Origin: Escherichia coli
Lineage (GTDB): Bacteria > Pseudomonadota > Gammaproteobacteria > Enterobacterales > Enterobacteriaceae
DNA length: 64,000 nt
Direction: 5' to 3' (one strand)
Assembly: GCF_003018115.1 (NCBI RefSeq)
Contig: NZ_CP027457.1
Below, in pieces: positions 55,983 to 63,941 of this stretch; positions within the stretch are counted from its first letter, which is position 1; the number at the start of each line of letters is the position of its first letter. Under the pieces are notes generated by a model. It saw only the letters and a program-made list of their open reading frames with translations. It searched no databases and was not told the origin of the DNA. A program made the translations under genes and the position numbers.

Positions 55983-57403
55983 TGAACGCATCCCGTTTGC
56001 AAAGGCATCCATTGTTCTGACATCGACGGTAGGTTGCAGCTTTATATCCGGCTTTATTGCAGCCCGGAAGCTGCGAGCCCCTATGTAATTCGCCGACTCA
56101 CGCCTCATTTCCTCAGCGGGCTTTAGGCCCAATCGATTATCCAGGTTTAGTGAGTCACGGTCTTACCTGTCTTTGTCATCACGCTGGCTGCCAGAGCAAC
56201 CTTTCTGCATTCACCCTTTTGTAAAGAGTTTATGTTTATCGGTATCAGCGATTAATCAGGCCTGATACTGACATGATTTTTGTCGTATTTACGTCCGTGA
56301 GCGGCTATTGCCCACACCGTTCGCGCCAGCTTGTTTGCCATTGCGACGATTGCCACGCTGGCCGGACGACGCTTTTTCAGTTCGGTTATCCATGGACCAG
56401 GTTCTTTGGTCAGTAATGCTGCCGCCCTTGCACCATGAATAAACAGGGTTCGCAGATATTTATCACCACGTTTGCTTATTCCCAGCAGGCGGATTTTTCC
56501 TCCTGAGCCTGTCTGTCTGGGCACCAGACCGATAAACGCGGCGAATTCCCGTCCCGACTTAAAGGCGGAGGCGTCTCCCATCGTGGCAACGGCAGCGGTG
56601 GCGATTAACGGCCCCACGCCTGGGATGTTCAGTAACCGCTGACAGGTTTCATTCTGTCTGGCTACCGCCTGCAACTGCTTCTCAATGTGGTCAAGATGTT
56701 CATCAAGTTCAGTAATTCGCTGATATTGTTCATCCAGCATGTTTATCAGGTAGAGCGGTAGCCGCTCCTTCAGACGCTCCAGGGCTTCCGGCACCTCCTT
56801 CGCCAAAGCAGCACGCCCCTTGTGCGTCGTTTCACCAAATTCCAGCAAGAGACCGTGAAGCGCGTTTATTTGTGCTGTCCTGAACTTCACCAGTTGCTGG
56901 CGCATTCGGTGTAACCCCAGCGTAGCCTGTTGCTCCTCGCTTTTAACGGCGACGGATTTTACCGGCTGCTGAACCGCCAGCCAGATGGCTCGGGCGTCCA
57001 TCACATCGTTTTTATTTCCCATCACGAATGCTTTGACGAACCGGCCTTTGAGTAATCTGACCTTATGTCCCAGTTTCTGAAGCTCACGCGCCCAGTGATG
57101 AGAACCCCCACAGGCCTCCATGCCGATAAGGCAGGGTTCACGGTTGCTGAAATATTCAAGGAATTTCTCACGCTTAACCTGCTTATCGATAATCTCTCCG
57201 GTATGTTCATCAACGAAATGCACCTGCATAAGATGTTTTGCAATATCAACCCCGACAGGGATATATTTCATGGTGTGGATCCTCCAGTCTGTTGGGAGCG
57301 AAACGCATCCCGTTGGGCACGATGATGCCGGAAATCTGCGGGGATCCACACTCATCTACTTAATCCCCGAGCGGCTCATTTCATAATGTTGGGATGCGTT
57401 CAT
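55983..57403 (-). mobile_element. IS110/IS1111-family insertion sequence (~1.42 kb)
   Basis: DEDD-type IS110-family transposase ORF bounded by a perfect 13-bp inverted repeat ATGAACGCATCCC (55983-55995) / GGGATGCGTTCAT (57391-57403); exact termini uncertain. Confidence 0.75.
56252..57271 (-). CDS. IS110-family transposase/recombinase
   Basis: ORF 56252-57355; start at MKYIPVGVDIAKHLMQVHFVDEHTGEI... typical IS110-family N-terminus, C-terminal LGISKRGDKYLRTLFIHGARAA region. Confidence 0.88.
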   Translation of the reverse strand: MKYIPVGVDIAKHLMQVHFVDEHTGEIIDKQVKREKFLEYFSNREPCLIGMEACGGSHHWARELQKLGHKVRLLKGRFVKAFVMGNKNDVMDARAIWLAVQQPVKSVAVKSEEQQATLGLHRMRQQLVKFRTAQINALHGLLLEFGETTHKGRAALAKEVPEALERLKERLPLYLINMLDEQYQRITELDEHLDHIEKQLQAVARQNETCQRLLNIPGVGPLIATAAVATMGDASAFKSGREFAAFIGLVPRQTGSGGKIRLLGISKRGDKYLRTLFIHGARAAALLTKEPGPWITELKKRRPASVAIVAMANKLARTVWAIAAHGRKYDKNHVSIRPD

Positions 57404-57484
57404 TACATTTCCTTTTTGCAGATAAATGAAAACGCCAGCCCTGTTCAGGCTGACGTCAGTGGAATAAAGTCTGGTGAGTGAGAT

Positions 57485-57682
57485 TCACCGGTTCTGGTGC
57501 AGAAGCTGCAGTTGGCGCAGGGTACGGATATCCTCCCCGGCCTGTTCAATACAGGGCAACAGTGCTGCCGAATCCGTTTTATCTTCATCGTTGTCAAAGA
57601 TAATCCCCGATTCGCAGTCGATATTGTCCTGCAGCCACGCAATCAGAATATCCAGTGCTGTTTCCGTGGTTAATGATTTCAT
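57485..57682 (-). CDS. small conserved island protein (DUF957/YeeW-like)
   Basis: ORF 57485-57727; start placed at MKSLTTETALDILIAWLQDNIDCESGIIFDNDEDKTDSAALLP... to avoid overlap with upstream ORF; family name from memory. Confidence 0.6.
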   Translation of the reverse strand: MKSLTTETALDILIAWLQDNIDCESGIIFDNDEDKTDSAALLPCIEQAGEDIRTLRQLQLLHQNR

Positions 57683-57693
57683 GTTGTTCCTGG

Positions 57694-58182
57694 TTACCAG
57701 TCGAAAGTGGGTAAATCCGGCAGACATTCGGCGCTGGCATCCAGATGAATGAGACTGACGCCATAACGTCGGGTAAGTGTGACAACCAGACGGCGGAACG
57801 TTTTTGACAGCCCCAGGCGTTTAAGCCGCAGAACCGGGTATGACCACGCACCGGTACGTAACAGATATCCGCTACCTGTGAAATGAATCCATTCTGATTC
57901 GCCAGTGTCATTCGTCTGATGTGACAGCGAATACAACCAGGCGTTGTCCTTTGCCGTGATATGCGCGGTACTGCAGCGTATGCCGGTCAGGGCAGCAAAT
58001 GGTGGCGTGCGCTCTGCTGATGTCCGGTCAGATTCATCAACAACACGAAGGGAGTAGCCATTGTCGCAGGCCACGTTAATCAGTTCAGCGAGATTAACAC
58101 CATCGACGTCAACGACAATTCGTCCCATGTTCAGCGCCTGCACGTTAACGCTGTCTGCTTCCAGCGTCAGGGCCAGTTTCAT
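57694..58182 (-). CDS. conserved island protein downstream of CbtA (DUF5983-like)
   Basis: 162-aa ORF MKLALTLEADSVNVQALNMGRIVVDVDGVNLAELINVACDNGYSLRVVD...; start overlaps cbtA stop (ATGA). Confidence 0.65.
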   Translation of the reverse strand: MKLALTLEADSVNVQALNMGRIVVDVDGVNLAELINVACDNGYSLRVVDESDRTSAERTPPFAALTGIRCSTAHITAKDNAWLYSLSHQTNDTGESEWIHFTGSGYLLRTGAWSYPVLRLKRLGLSKTFRRLVVTLTRRYGVSLIHLDASAECLPDLPTFDW

Positions 58183-58556
58183 TGTTTCGCCCCCGGATGT
58201 TTACCCAGGGTAATGTTATTTACCGTTCTGTAATTGTCGCGGGTCATCAGGCCTGTCGCCCGGCGGGCCCGGAGGATATCGATGCTGTTTATTAACTGAG
58301 AGTGGGTACAGGTGCTGAATCCCGGCTGGTCGGTACGCACCAGTGCGTATTTTTCCACGAGAAAGTTCACCGCATCGCACAGTGAAATGCCGGCCTCAAT
58401 ATGCTGCTCAATCACACGTTCATCAGCGAACGGTGTGTCATTCAGCGTAAGGCCGTAGTGCTGGTCCAGTAGTCGGGAGAGCAGTGTCTGCCAGATGGTG
58501 ACGGGAGACGGGCTGCGCGATGCCTCCCGTACGTGTGTATCGGGTAATGTTTTCAT
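58179..58556 (-). CDS. cbtA: type IV toxin-antitoxin system toxin, CbtA/YeeV family (cytoskeleton-targeting)
   Basis: 125-aa ORF MKTLPDTHVREASRSPSPVTIWQTLLSRLLDQHYGLTLNDTPFADERVIEQHIEAGISLCDAVNFLVEKYALVRTD... near-identical to remembered YeeV/YkfI/YpjF sequences. Confidence 0.9.
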   Translation of the reverse strand: MKTLPDTHVREASRSPSPVTIWQTLLSRLLDQHYGLTLNDTPFADERVIEQHIEAGISLCDAVNFLVEKYALVRTDQPGFSTCTHSQLINSIDILRARRATGLMTRDNYRTVNNITLGKHPGAKQ

Positions 58557-58645
58557 ACTGAAGATTTTCCTGATATGAGAGATTAAATTTTGAGGAGAGT
58601 GGTGCTGTAGCGCACCGGGCCGGAGCAGACGATTATTTCGGTGGT

Positions 58646-59014
58646 TTACTTTTTCGTTTCTGGCGTCGGATAAACAGCCATATAAACGTAACCACAGCTG
58701 CCGAGGGTGTCGGCTTCGCAGGTCAGCCCTCTGGCATACAGCGTGACGGTATGCTGATGGCTGGGGCTGAGTTCACCGCTGGTGAGCATGAGTTCCAGTT
58801 GTTTCATCAGCAGCGGAAAGGCCTGGTCCAGATGGTACGCATCCGCGTCGCTGAACCGGCCTCTGATACCGGCGCGGTCTGCAAGGTAATGCAACCGGTT
58901 ACCCTCCTGCACCAGACGTGCCCCAAAACAGGGCGTCACGGTGCAGGGTAGCCCCCACCAGGGGCGGTCGTTGTTATCGTCGGGATGCGTTGTCCCGGGG
59001 AGAGTGTCTGACAC
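58646..59014 (-). CDS. cbeA: type IV toxin-antitoxin system antitoxin, CbeA/YeeU family
   Basis: 122-aa ORF MSDTLPGTTHPDDNNDRPWWGLPCTVTPCFGARLVQEGNRLHYLADRAGIRG... Confidence 0.9.
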   Translation of the reverse strand: MSDTLPGTTHPDDNNDRPWWGLPCTVTPCFGARLVQEGNRLHYLADRAGIRGRFSDADAYHLDQAFPLLMKQLELMLTSGELSPSHQHTVTLYARGLTCEADTLGSCGYVYMAVYPTPETKK

Positions 59015-59093
59015 GATAAAATCCTCACAGAAAATTGGTTAAGAATGGTCCGGTGGTGGCGATAATTCTGCTCTTCTGAATGCCCTTCCAGAC

Positions 59094-59315
59094 TCAGTTC
59101 AGGGTGACGCTCATCAGCCGGACATACGGACCGAAACTGTCCTTACGGCGTTCTGCAAACACAGCCAGCACACCGGGAATATCCTGCACTTCACGGCCGG
59201 TATATGTATCCGTGCTACCGTGCCAGCGGTATTTACCGGTACAGAACGGAAAAAGACGGGATGCAGGATGCTGACGGTGAATACGCATGGCTTCACCACG
59301 GGGGATGATTTTCAT
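59094..59315 (-). CDS. DUF987 protein, YeeT-like
   Basis: 73-aa ORF MKIIPRGEAMRIHRQHPASRLFPFCTGKYRWHGSTDTYTGREVQDIPGVLAVFAERRKDSFGPYVRLMSVTLN. Confidence 0.85.
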   Translation of the reverse strand: MKIIPRGEAMRIHRQHPASRLFPFCTGKYRWHGSTDTYTGREVQDIPGVLAVFAERRKDSFGPYVRLMSVTLN

Positions 59316-59401
59316 GAGAATAGTCCTCCTGAATGTGAAAGTAAGAAACAGCTGAGAAAGAGAAACTGAAGTGATATGAAGGTGATTGTGACGGTGACGG
59401 G

Positions 59402-59893
59402 TTAAAGCAGTCCGTGTTCCGCAAAGGAGAAAACCTGGCTGCCACCGACTATCAGATGGTCCGGCACCCGGATATCCACCAGAGCCAGTGCCTGTACCAG
59501 ACGTTCCGTGATAAGGCGGTCTGCCTTGCTGGGTGTGACTTCACCGGACGGGTGATTGTGCGCCAGCACCACGGCAGCGGCATTGTGATACAGGGCGCGT
59601 TTAATCACTTCCCGGGGATGGACTTCCGTGCGGTTGATGGTGCCGGTGAAGAGGGTTTCACCGGCAATCAGCTGATTCTGGTTGTTCAGATACAGCACCC
59701 GGAATTCTTCACGCTCCAGTCCCGCCATGTTAAGAATCAGCCATTCCCGTGCCGCACGGGTGGAGGTGAAGGCCACGCCGGGTTCATGAAGATGGCGGTC
59801 CAGGGTTTTCAGGGCCCGCAGAATGAGACTGCGCTCGCCGGGCGTCATCTCTCCGGGCAGAAAGGAAAGCTGCTGCATTGTTCCTGCCTCCAT
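59402..59893 (-). CDS. RadC-like JAB-domain protein (YeeS/YfjY/YkfG family)
   Basis: 163-aa ORF with JAMM-like motif AVVLAHNHPSGEVTPSKAD; start may be internal Met (MQQLSFLPGEM). Confidence 0.85.
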   Translation of the reverse strand: MEAGTMQQLSFLPGEMTPGERSLILRALKTLDRHLHEPGVAFTSTRAAREWLILNMAGLEREEFRVLYLNNQNQLIAGETLFTGTINRTEVHPREVIKRALYHNAAAVVLAHNHPSGEVTPSKADRLITERLVQALALVDIRVPDHLIVGGSQVFSFAEHGLL

Positions 59894-60379
59894 TCAGTCG
59901 ATGATGCGCATAATGGCGCTGCATTCCGGATGCTGCAGGGCGTAATCCCGCAGCCGGTAATAATGGACCGTCATGGCATAACACTCCGTACGACAGGCAT
60001 GATGACTGTACGTCATCAGACAGGCAGCAATGCCGGCGGCTTCCGGACTCATTTCAGCGCGGTTACCGTTCATGGCATTGAACAGTACCCATTTTTCGTC
60101 ATCATCGTCATCCGGTTCAGGTGCCATAAATGCCCCGCCGTTGTTCAGGGTGTACAGATTCCAGATACCACCGCAGTAGTCTTCGCACAGACGGTCCATC
60201 CAGCCGAAAACACGGGGCTCCAGGGTCACCCACTGTGGAATGAGGCCAAAATGCTGCGGCCAGAAGCTGATGCGCTGTTCATCAGGGACTATGGTGGCAA
60301 CCAGCTGAGGCTGGTCATTCCCTGATGCAGCGGTTACGGAAACAGAAGGAGTGGTGGAATTATGCAAGACGGTTGTCAT
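59894..60379 (-). CDS. antirestriction protein (KlcA/ArdB-like; YfjX/YafX family)
   Basis: 161-aa ORF with acidic patch PEPDDDDDEKW; immediately upstream of RadC-like gene as in CP4 prophage remnants. Confidence 0.8.
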   Translation of the reverse strand: MTTVLHNSTTPSVSVTAASGNDQPQLVATIVPDEQRISFWPQHFGLIPQWVTLEPRVFGWMDRLCEDYCGGIWNLYTLNNGGAFMAPEPDDDDDEKWVLFNAMNGNRAEMSPEAAGIAACLMTYSHHACRTECYAMTVHYYRLRDYALQHPECSAIMRIID

Positions 60380-60470
60380 GAGATGATTCCTTATAAAAAG
60401 TAAATGAATGGAAGAAACCCCGGGGGAAGGGACAGACGTGAGTCAGAACTGCGCTTTCAGGGAAAAGGCA

Positions 60471-61289
60471 TCAGCACATGCTCTCCAGCAGCGTTTCAGC
60501 CATCACCCACAATGCGCGGTTGAGCTTAATATCGGTGTCGATGCTGTGAATGGCCCGGGTATGGATACGTTTTCCTCTGGCACTGCGACCGGAAATCCCG
60601 CCTTTCAGCATATTCTCCTGGATGGTCTGATAAGCACTCCACAGGTCCTTACCGTAATCCTCCCGGCGTCGTGGCGTCAGAATGTCGGCGGTGGTGACGG
60701 GCTGATGTTCGTCACCATAACGGTAAGTCAGTGCCGCCTGTGCCAGCGCCTGGCGTGCCGGTGGCGGCAGAATCAGCGACTGCATGGCATCACGTTTCTC
60801 TTCAATCCGGTCAAAAACCCCCACCACCTCGTAAGCACCTTCAATCACCCTGTCCACCACGTTTCCCCGGTGTGGCACCCGGACTTCTCCCAGCGACTGA
60901 CCGCAGACCAGGCCATTGGTGCAGATGGCACGAAAATATCCGGGTAACATCTGGTAGCTGGATGAACCGTCATGGGAGTTGAGCAGAATAATTTCAGGCA
61001 CATGCTGACCGGTTATCTGTCCGGCCCGCCGCAGACGCAGCATATGTTTGGTATATTCCCGGCGGCTCTGGTCGCGCACACGGGTCTGGCAGGCGAAGAA
61101 CGGCTGAAAGCCTTCCCGCTGCAGATTTTCCAGGACGGTGATGGTGGGAATGTACGCATACCGTTCACTGCGGGAGGTGTGCCGGTCTTCTCCAAAAATA
61201 CTCGGGACGTGGTACATCAGTTCTTCGCGTGTCAGTGGGCGCTCCCGACGGATCTGATTTACATGACCAAAACGACTGGCTAATTGCAT
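60471..61289 (-). CDS. DUF932-family protein (YafZ/YfjQ-like)
   Basis: 272-aa ORF MQLASRFGHVNQIRRERPLTREELMYHVPSIFGEDRHTSRSERYAYIPTITVLENLQREGFQPFFACQ...; family name from memory. Confidence 0.7.
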   Translation of the reverse strand: MQLASRFGHVNQIRRERPLTREELMYHVPSIFGEDRHTSRSERYAYIPTITVLENLQREGFQPFFACQTRVRDQSRREYTKHMLRLRRAGQITGQHVPEIILLNSHDGSSSYQMLPGYFRAICTNGLVCGQSLGEVRVPHRGNVVDRVIEGAYEVVGVFDRIEEKRDAMQSLILPPPARQALAQAALTYRYGDEHQPVTTADILTPRRREDYGKDLWSAYQTIQENMLKGGISGRSARGKRIHTRAIHSIDTDIKLNRALWVMAETLLESMC

Positions 61290-61329
61290 ACTTTGCTCCT
61301 TATGAATGAGTTAGCGGTATAAACGAAAA

Positions 61330-61357
61330 GGCCGCGTCTCCCGGAGAAGACGCGGCC
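61330..61357 (-). terminator. rho-independent terminator downstream of the DUF905-like gene
   Basis: Perfect 10-bp stem GGCCGCGTCT/AGACGCGGCC; minus strand then reads TTTTCGTTT. Confidence 0.65.
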
Positions 61358-61378
61358 TGATGGATGAAATGAAGACGT

Positions 61379-61671
61379 TTATTGCCTGAGAATTCCCTCA
61401 CTGGCGAGATACGGATTTAGCTGTTTTCCGGCATCAGATTCAAAATTCCAGCACCGCCAGCGCAACTGACCTTCAGCGTTGCGGATCACCAGACGAAAAT
61501 GCGTACCCGGGTCATCCTTGATAAACACATTGCGGTAAGCGGTTATGACAGCAACCGCCTGCCCGTATGAGAAAGATCCTTCAGCCAGGACATACTCTGT
61601 GTGTAACCCGGCATATCTGGTTTCTCCTGATAAATAGCCTCTGCCACAACGTATGGCAGAGGCTGAAGCAT
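61379..61671 (-). pseudogene. DUF905/YkfF-like small gene with apparent frameshift
   Basis: Frame A from ATG ([42 protein letters not shown]) shifts to frame B (...[60 protein letters not shown]), which carries the remembered HFRLVxR...WRxWNFExDAG signature. Confidence 0.55.
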
Positions 61672-61688
61672 GAAACTGACTTCAGGGA

Positions 61689-62144
61689 TCAGTTAACATT
61701 TTTTCCGGAAACGGTAATCAGCAGTGGATGGTAGTCCTGGGGATCGAAAACCGATAACGGCAGACTGACACGATGGCCGTTACTTTCTTCAGTTGCTTTA
61801 ATGATTTCGGTTGTGGCGACATTTTCCACGCACTCCGTTTCCAGAAATGCGTCTGTGGTTCGCGTGGCATTACTGTCACCAAAGGCTTCCGTTTCCATTT
61901 TTCTGGTCACCAGCGTCTGACCATATTTGTCTTTGAGTTGCAGAGTGATGGTGAGGGGGCCAAATCCTTCATAGTTTCCGCCATTATCCAGCCGGAACTG
62001 GTAGGCACAAATATTTCCCGGGAGCCATATCGTATCTGTATTGCGTATACTGATGTAACGTTGATCCTGTGCCCGGAGTGGGGCAGACCACGTTAACCCC
62101 AGAATGAAGGCGGTAATCATGCAGGTTTTGAACAGGTGAATCAT
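61689..62144 (-). CDS. secreted/periplasmic protein of unknown function
   Basis: 151-aa ORF with signal peptide MIHLFKTCMITAFILGLTWSAPLRA|QDQ; no recognisable motif. Confidence 0.6.
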   Translation of the reverse strand: MIHLFKTCMITAFILGLTWSAPLRAQDQRYISIRNTDTIWLPGNICAYQFRLDNGGNYEGFGPLTITLQLKDKYGQTLVTRKMETEAFGDSNATRTTDAFLETECVENVATTEIIKATEESNGHRVSLPLSVFDPQDYHPLLITVSGKNVN

Positions 62145-62219
62145 GGTATTTACCTCTCTGAGTCATGACGATGACACTGACAAATCAGGTGATAAAACGT
62201 AAAAGGCGCAGAATAGCCG

Positions 62220-63941
62220 TTATGCCGGTAACTCCGGGGGTAATGCTTCTTCCAGTCGGTTAACCATCTTGCCGAGATGGGATACATCATATTCCATGAC
62301 GGGGCGTTGCCTGATGATACTGACCACCAGTGGTTTGATTAACATATTGGTCGCGGCCCGTTGTTGTATACCGGCGGCGAAAATGATCTCCAGAGCATTC
62401 TGATCGATAACACGGGCCAGATTCGCGTTCAGATTTTCAATCTCATGTCCGGTCAGCAGGAAACTGCCGGCAAGCCATGTCACCTGCTCCTGAATCATTG
62501 CCAGAATTTTGACGCGATCTTCTTCAACCAGCGCTCCGGCAATTTTTCCTGATACAGCGGAGGCAATCATTCCCCCCAGAACACCGCCAACCACACGTCC
62601 TGTCAGTGCACCAAATGGTCCCAGTGGACTGAACAATATCCCGCCCGCCACTGACCCGACAGCACCACCTGCCACACCGGAAGATGCCACGGCAAGATTC
62701 CTGATGAACTGCGCACCGGAGATCCGTCCCCGCAACATTTTGATCATGTCAGGGCCGGTTGTGACAGCGACCAGTGCCAGAGATGTCACCAGCGTACCCT
62801 TCATCACTTTGTTCAGGGCACTGATATTTCCTGCACCGGTCCCCTTCTGAAGCGCCTGCCGGACAGTCGGGCTGGCCGTCGAAAAATCAATATGCTTCAG
62901 CATACCCTGAACAACACTGAGCCGGTGAAGTTGCTGGGTTGTGACGTAGACAGCCAGTGTGCGGGTGAAGGTTTTTCCTGCCTGGACAGCAGCTGTCTGC
63001 AGGGCAGCATCGCGATCGCCGGTGCTGAGCCAGAAGACCGATGCCGTCAGGGCAAAACTGATCCCTCCGGCCGCCAGACTGACAACCGCCCCCTCGGCAA
63101 TATCATAAGTGACCGATTCGATGGTCCCGAACCGGGTGATATTACGGGCCTGGGTATAAGTCAGATGTCCCCGACGAATCAGCCGGGACGCTTCTGCGGG
63201 ATCGGTTACACCGGGTACTTTACCTTCGCGGATCTTATTCTTCATGGTTTCCACAGCGCCGGCATACTGATCACGGGGGACTTCCAGTTGCATGGGACCA
63301 TGATTTCCCATGTAACGATACTGTCCGTTTTGTCCGTCGAATGCCGCACCGACGCTACGGGCTGCAGTTGAACAATATTTCGTCTGGATTTCTGTTCCGC
63401 TGACCAGTCTGTCTGCTCCATTTCTGGCATTATTATCACCGAGGATCCGTGCGTTTTTCAGACGGACTCTGTCGACAATATGGTTTCCCCGTTCAGCGGC
63501 AAACCCATGTCCCTGCCCTCCGGAAGCAAACATTTTCTCATTTGTACTCCAGGTTTCCGGCAGTTTCATGAGAATCAGACCATTCGCCGTTGCATCGGAA
63601 ATAAAACCGGTGTAAGAACGTTCATAAATGTCCTGACACAGTGTTTCTGTTTCGCGACAAAGAGAGGAGCAGTACCATTCCGGATCCGGCTTATGATTTT
63701 CCGGGGCATGATGTACTTCTGTCAGCCCGCAGGAGGCACAGATACGAAGCTCATCCACGTGGTGGAATGATACAAAACGGCGGCCTTCTGAAAAGGGGTA
63801 CCAGTCACCGCCGTCCAGGCAACGATCGAGAAAATCGTCATTCGCTTCCGGTGATAAATTCAGGCGGTTCCGGAAGAGGGTTTTCAGTTCATCAGGGGTA
63901 AATGACAGGCTCTCTCTCAGCTTTTCGTTGAAACCCGCCAT
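62220..63941 (-). CDS. large uncharacterized protein with N-terminal Cys cluster and C-terminal glycine-zipper membrane region (possibly YeeR/YfjW-like); reading frame stays open to the window end
   Basis: 573-aa ORF from first in-window ATG; frame continues without stop through 63942-64000, so true start may lie outside; GGAVGSVAGGILFSPLGPFGALTGRVVGGVLGGMIASAVSG segment. Confidence 0.65.
   Translation of the reverse strand: MAGFNEKLRESLSFTPDELKTLFRNRLNLSPEANDDFLDRCLDGGDWYPFSEGRRFVSFHHVDELRICASCGLTEVHHAPENHKPDPEWYCSSLCRETETLCQDIYERSYTGFISDATANGLILMKLPETWSTNEKMFASGGQGHGFAAERGNHIVDRVRLKNARILGDNNARNGADRLVSGTEIQTKYCSTAARSVGAAFDGQNGQYRYMGNHGPMQLEVPRDQYAGAVETMKNKIREGKVPGVTDPAEASRLIRRGHLTYTQARNITRFGTIESVTYDIAEGAVVSLAAGGISFALTASVFWLSTGDRDAALQTAAVQAGKTFTRTLAVYVTTQQLHRLSVVQGMLKHIDFSTASPTVRQALQKGTGAGNISALNKVMKGTLVTSLALVAVTTGPDMIKMLRGRISGAQFIRNLAVASSGVAGGAVGSVAGGILFSPLGPFGALTGRVVGGVLGGMIASAVSGKIAGALVEEDRVKILAMIQEQVTWLAGSFLLTGHEIENLNANLARVIDQNALEIIFAAGIQQRAATNMLIKPLVVSIIRQRPVMEYDVSHLGKMVNRLEEALPPELPA

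Noticed and set aside
57022-57386. Several 75-88-aa ORFs inside the IS
   Set aside because: All overlap the IS110-family transposase gene in other frames or strands.
59414-60325. 303-aa plus-strand ORF
   Set aside because: Antisense to the RadC-like and antirestriction genes, which have recognisable family motifs.
62361-63371. Plus-strand ORFs of 63-159 aa
   Set aside because: Antisense to the large island protein; GC-skewed frames without start or stop context support.
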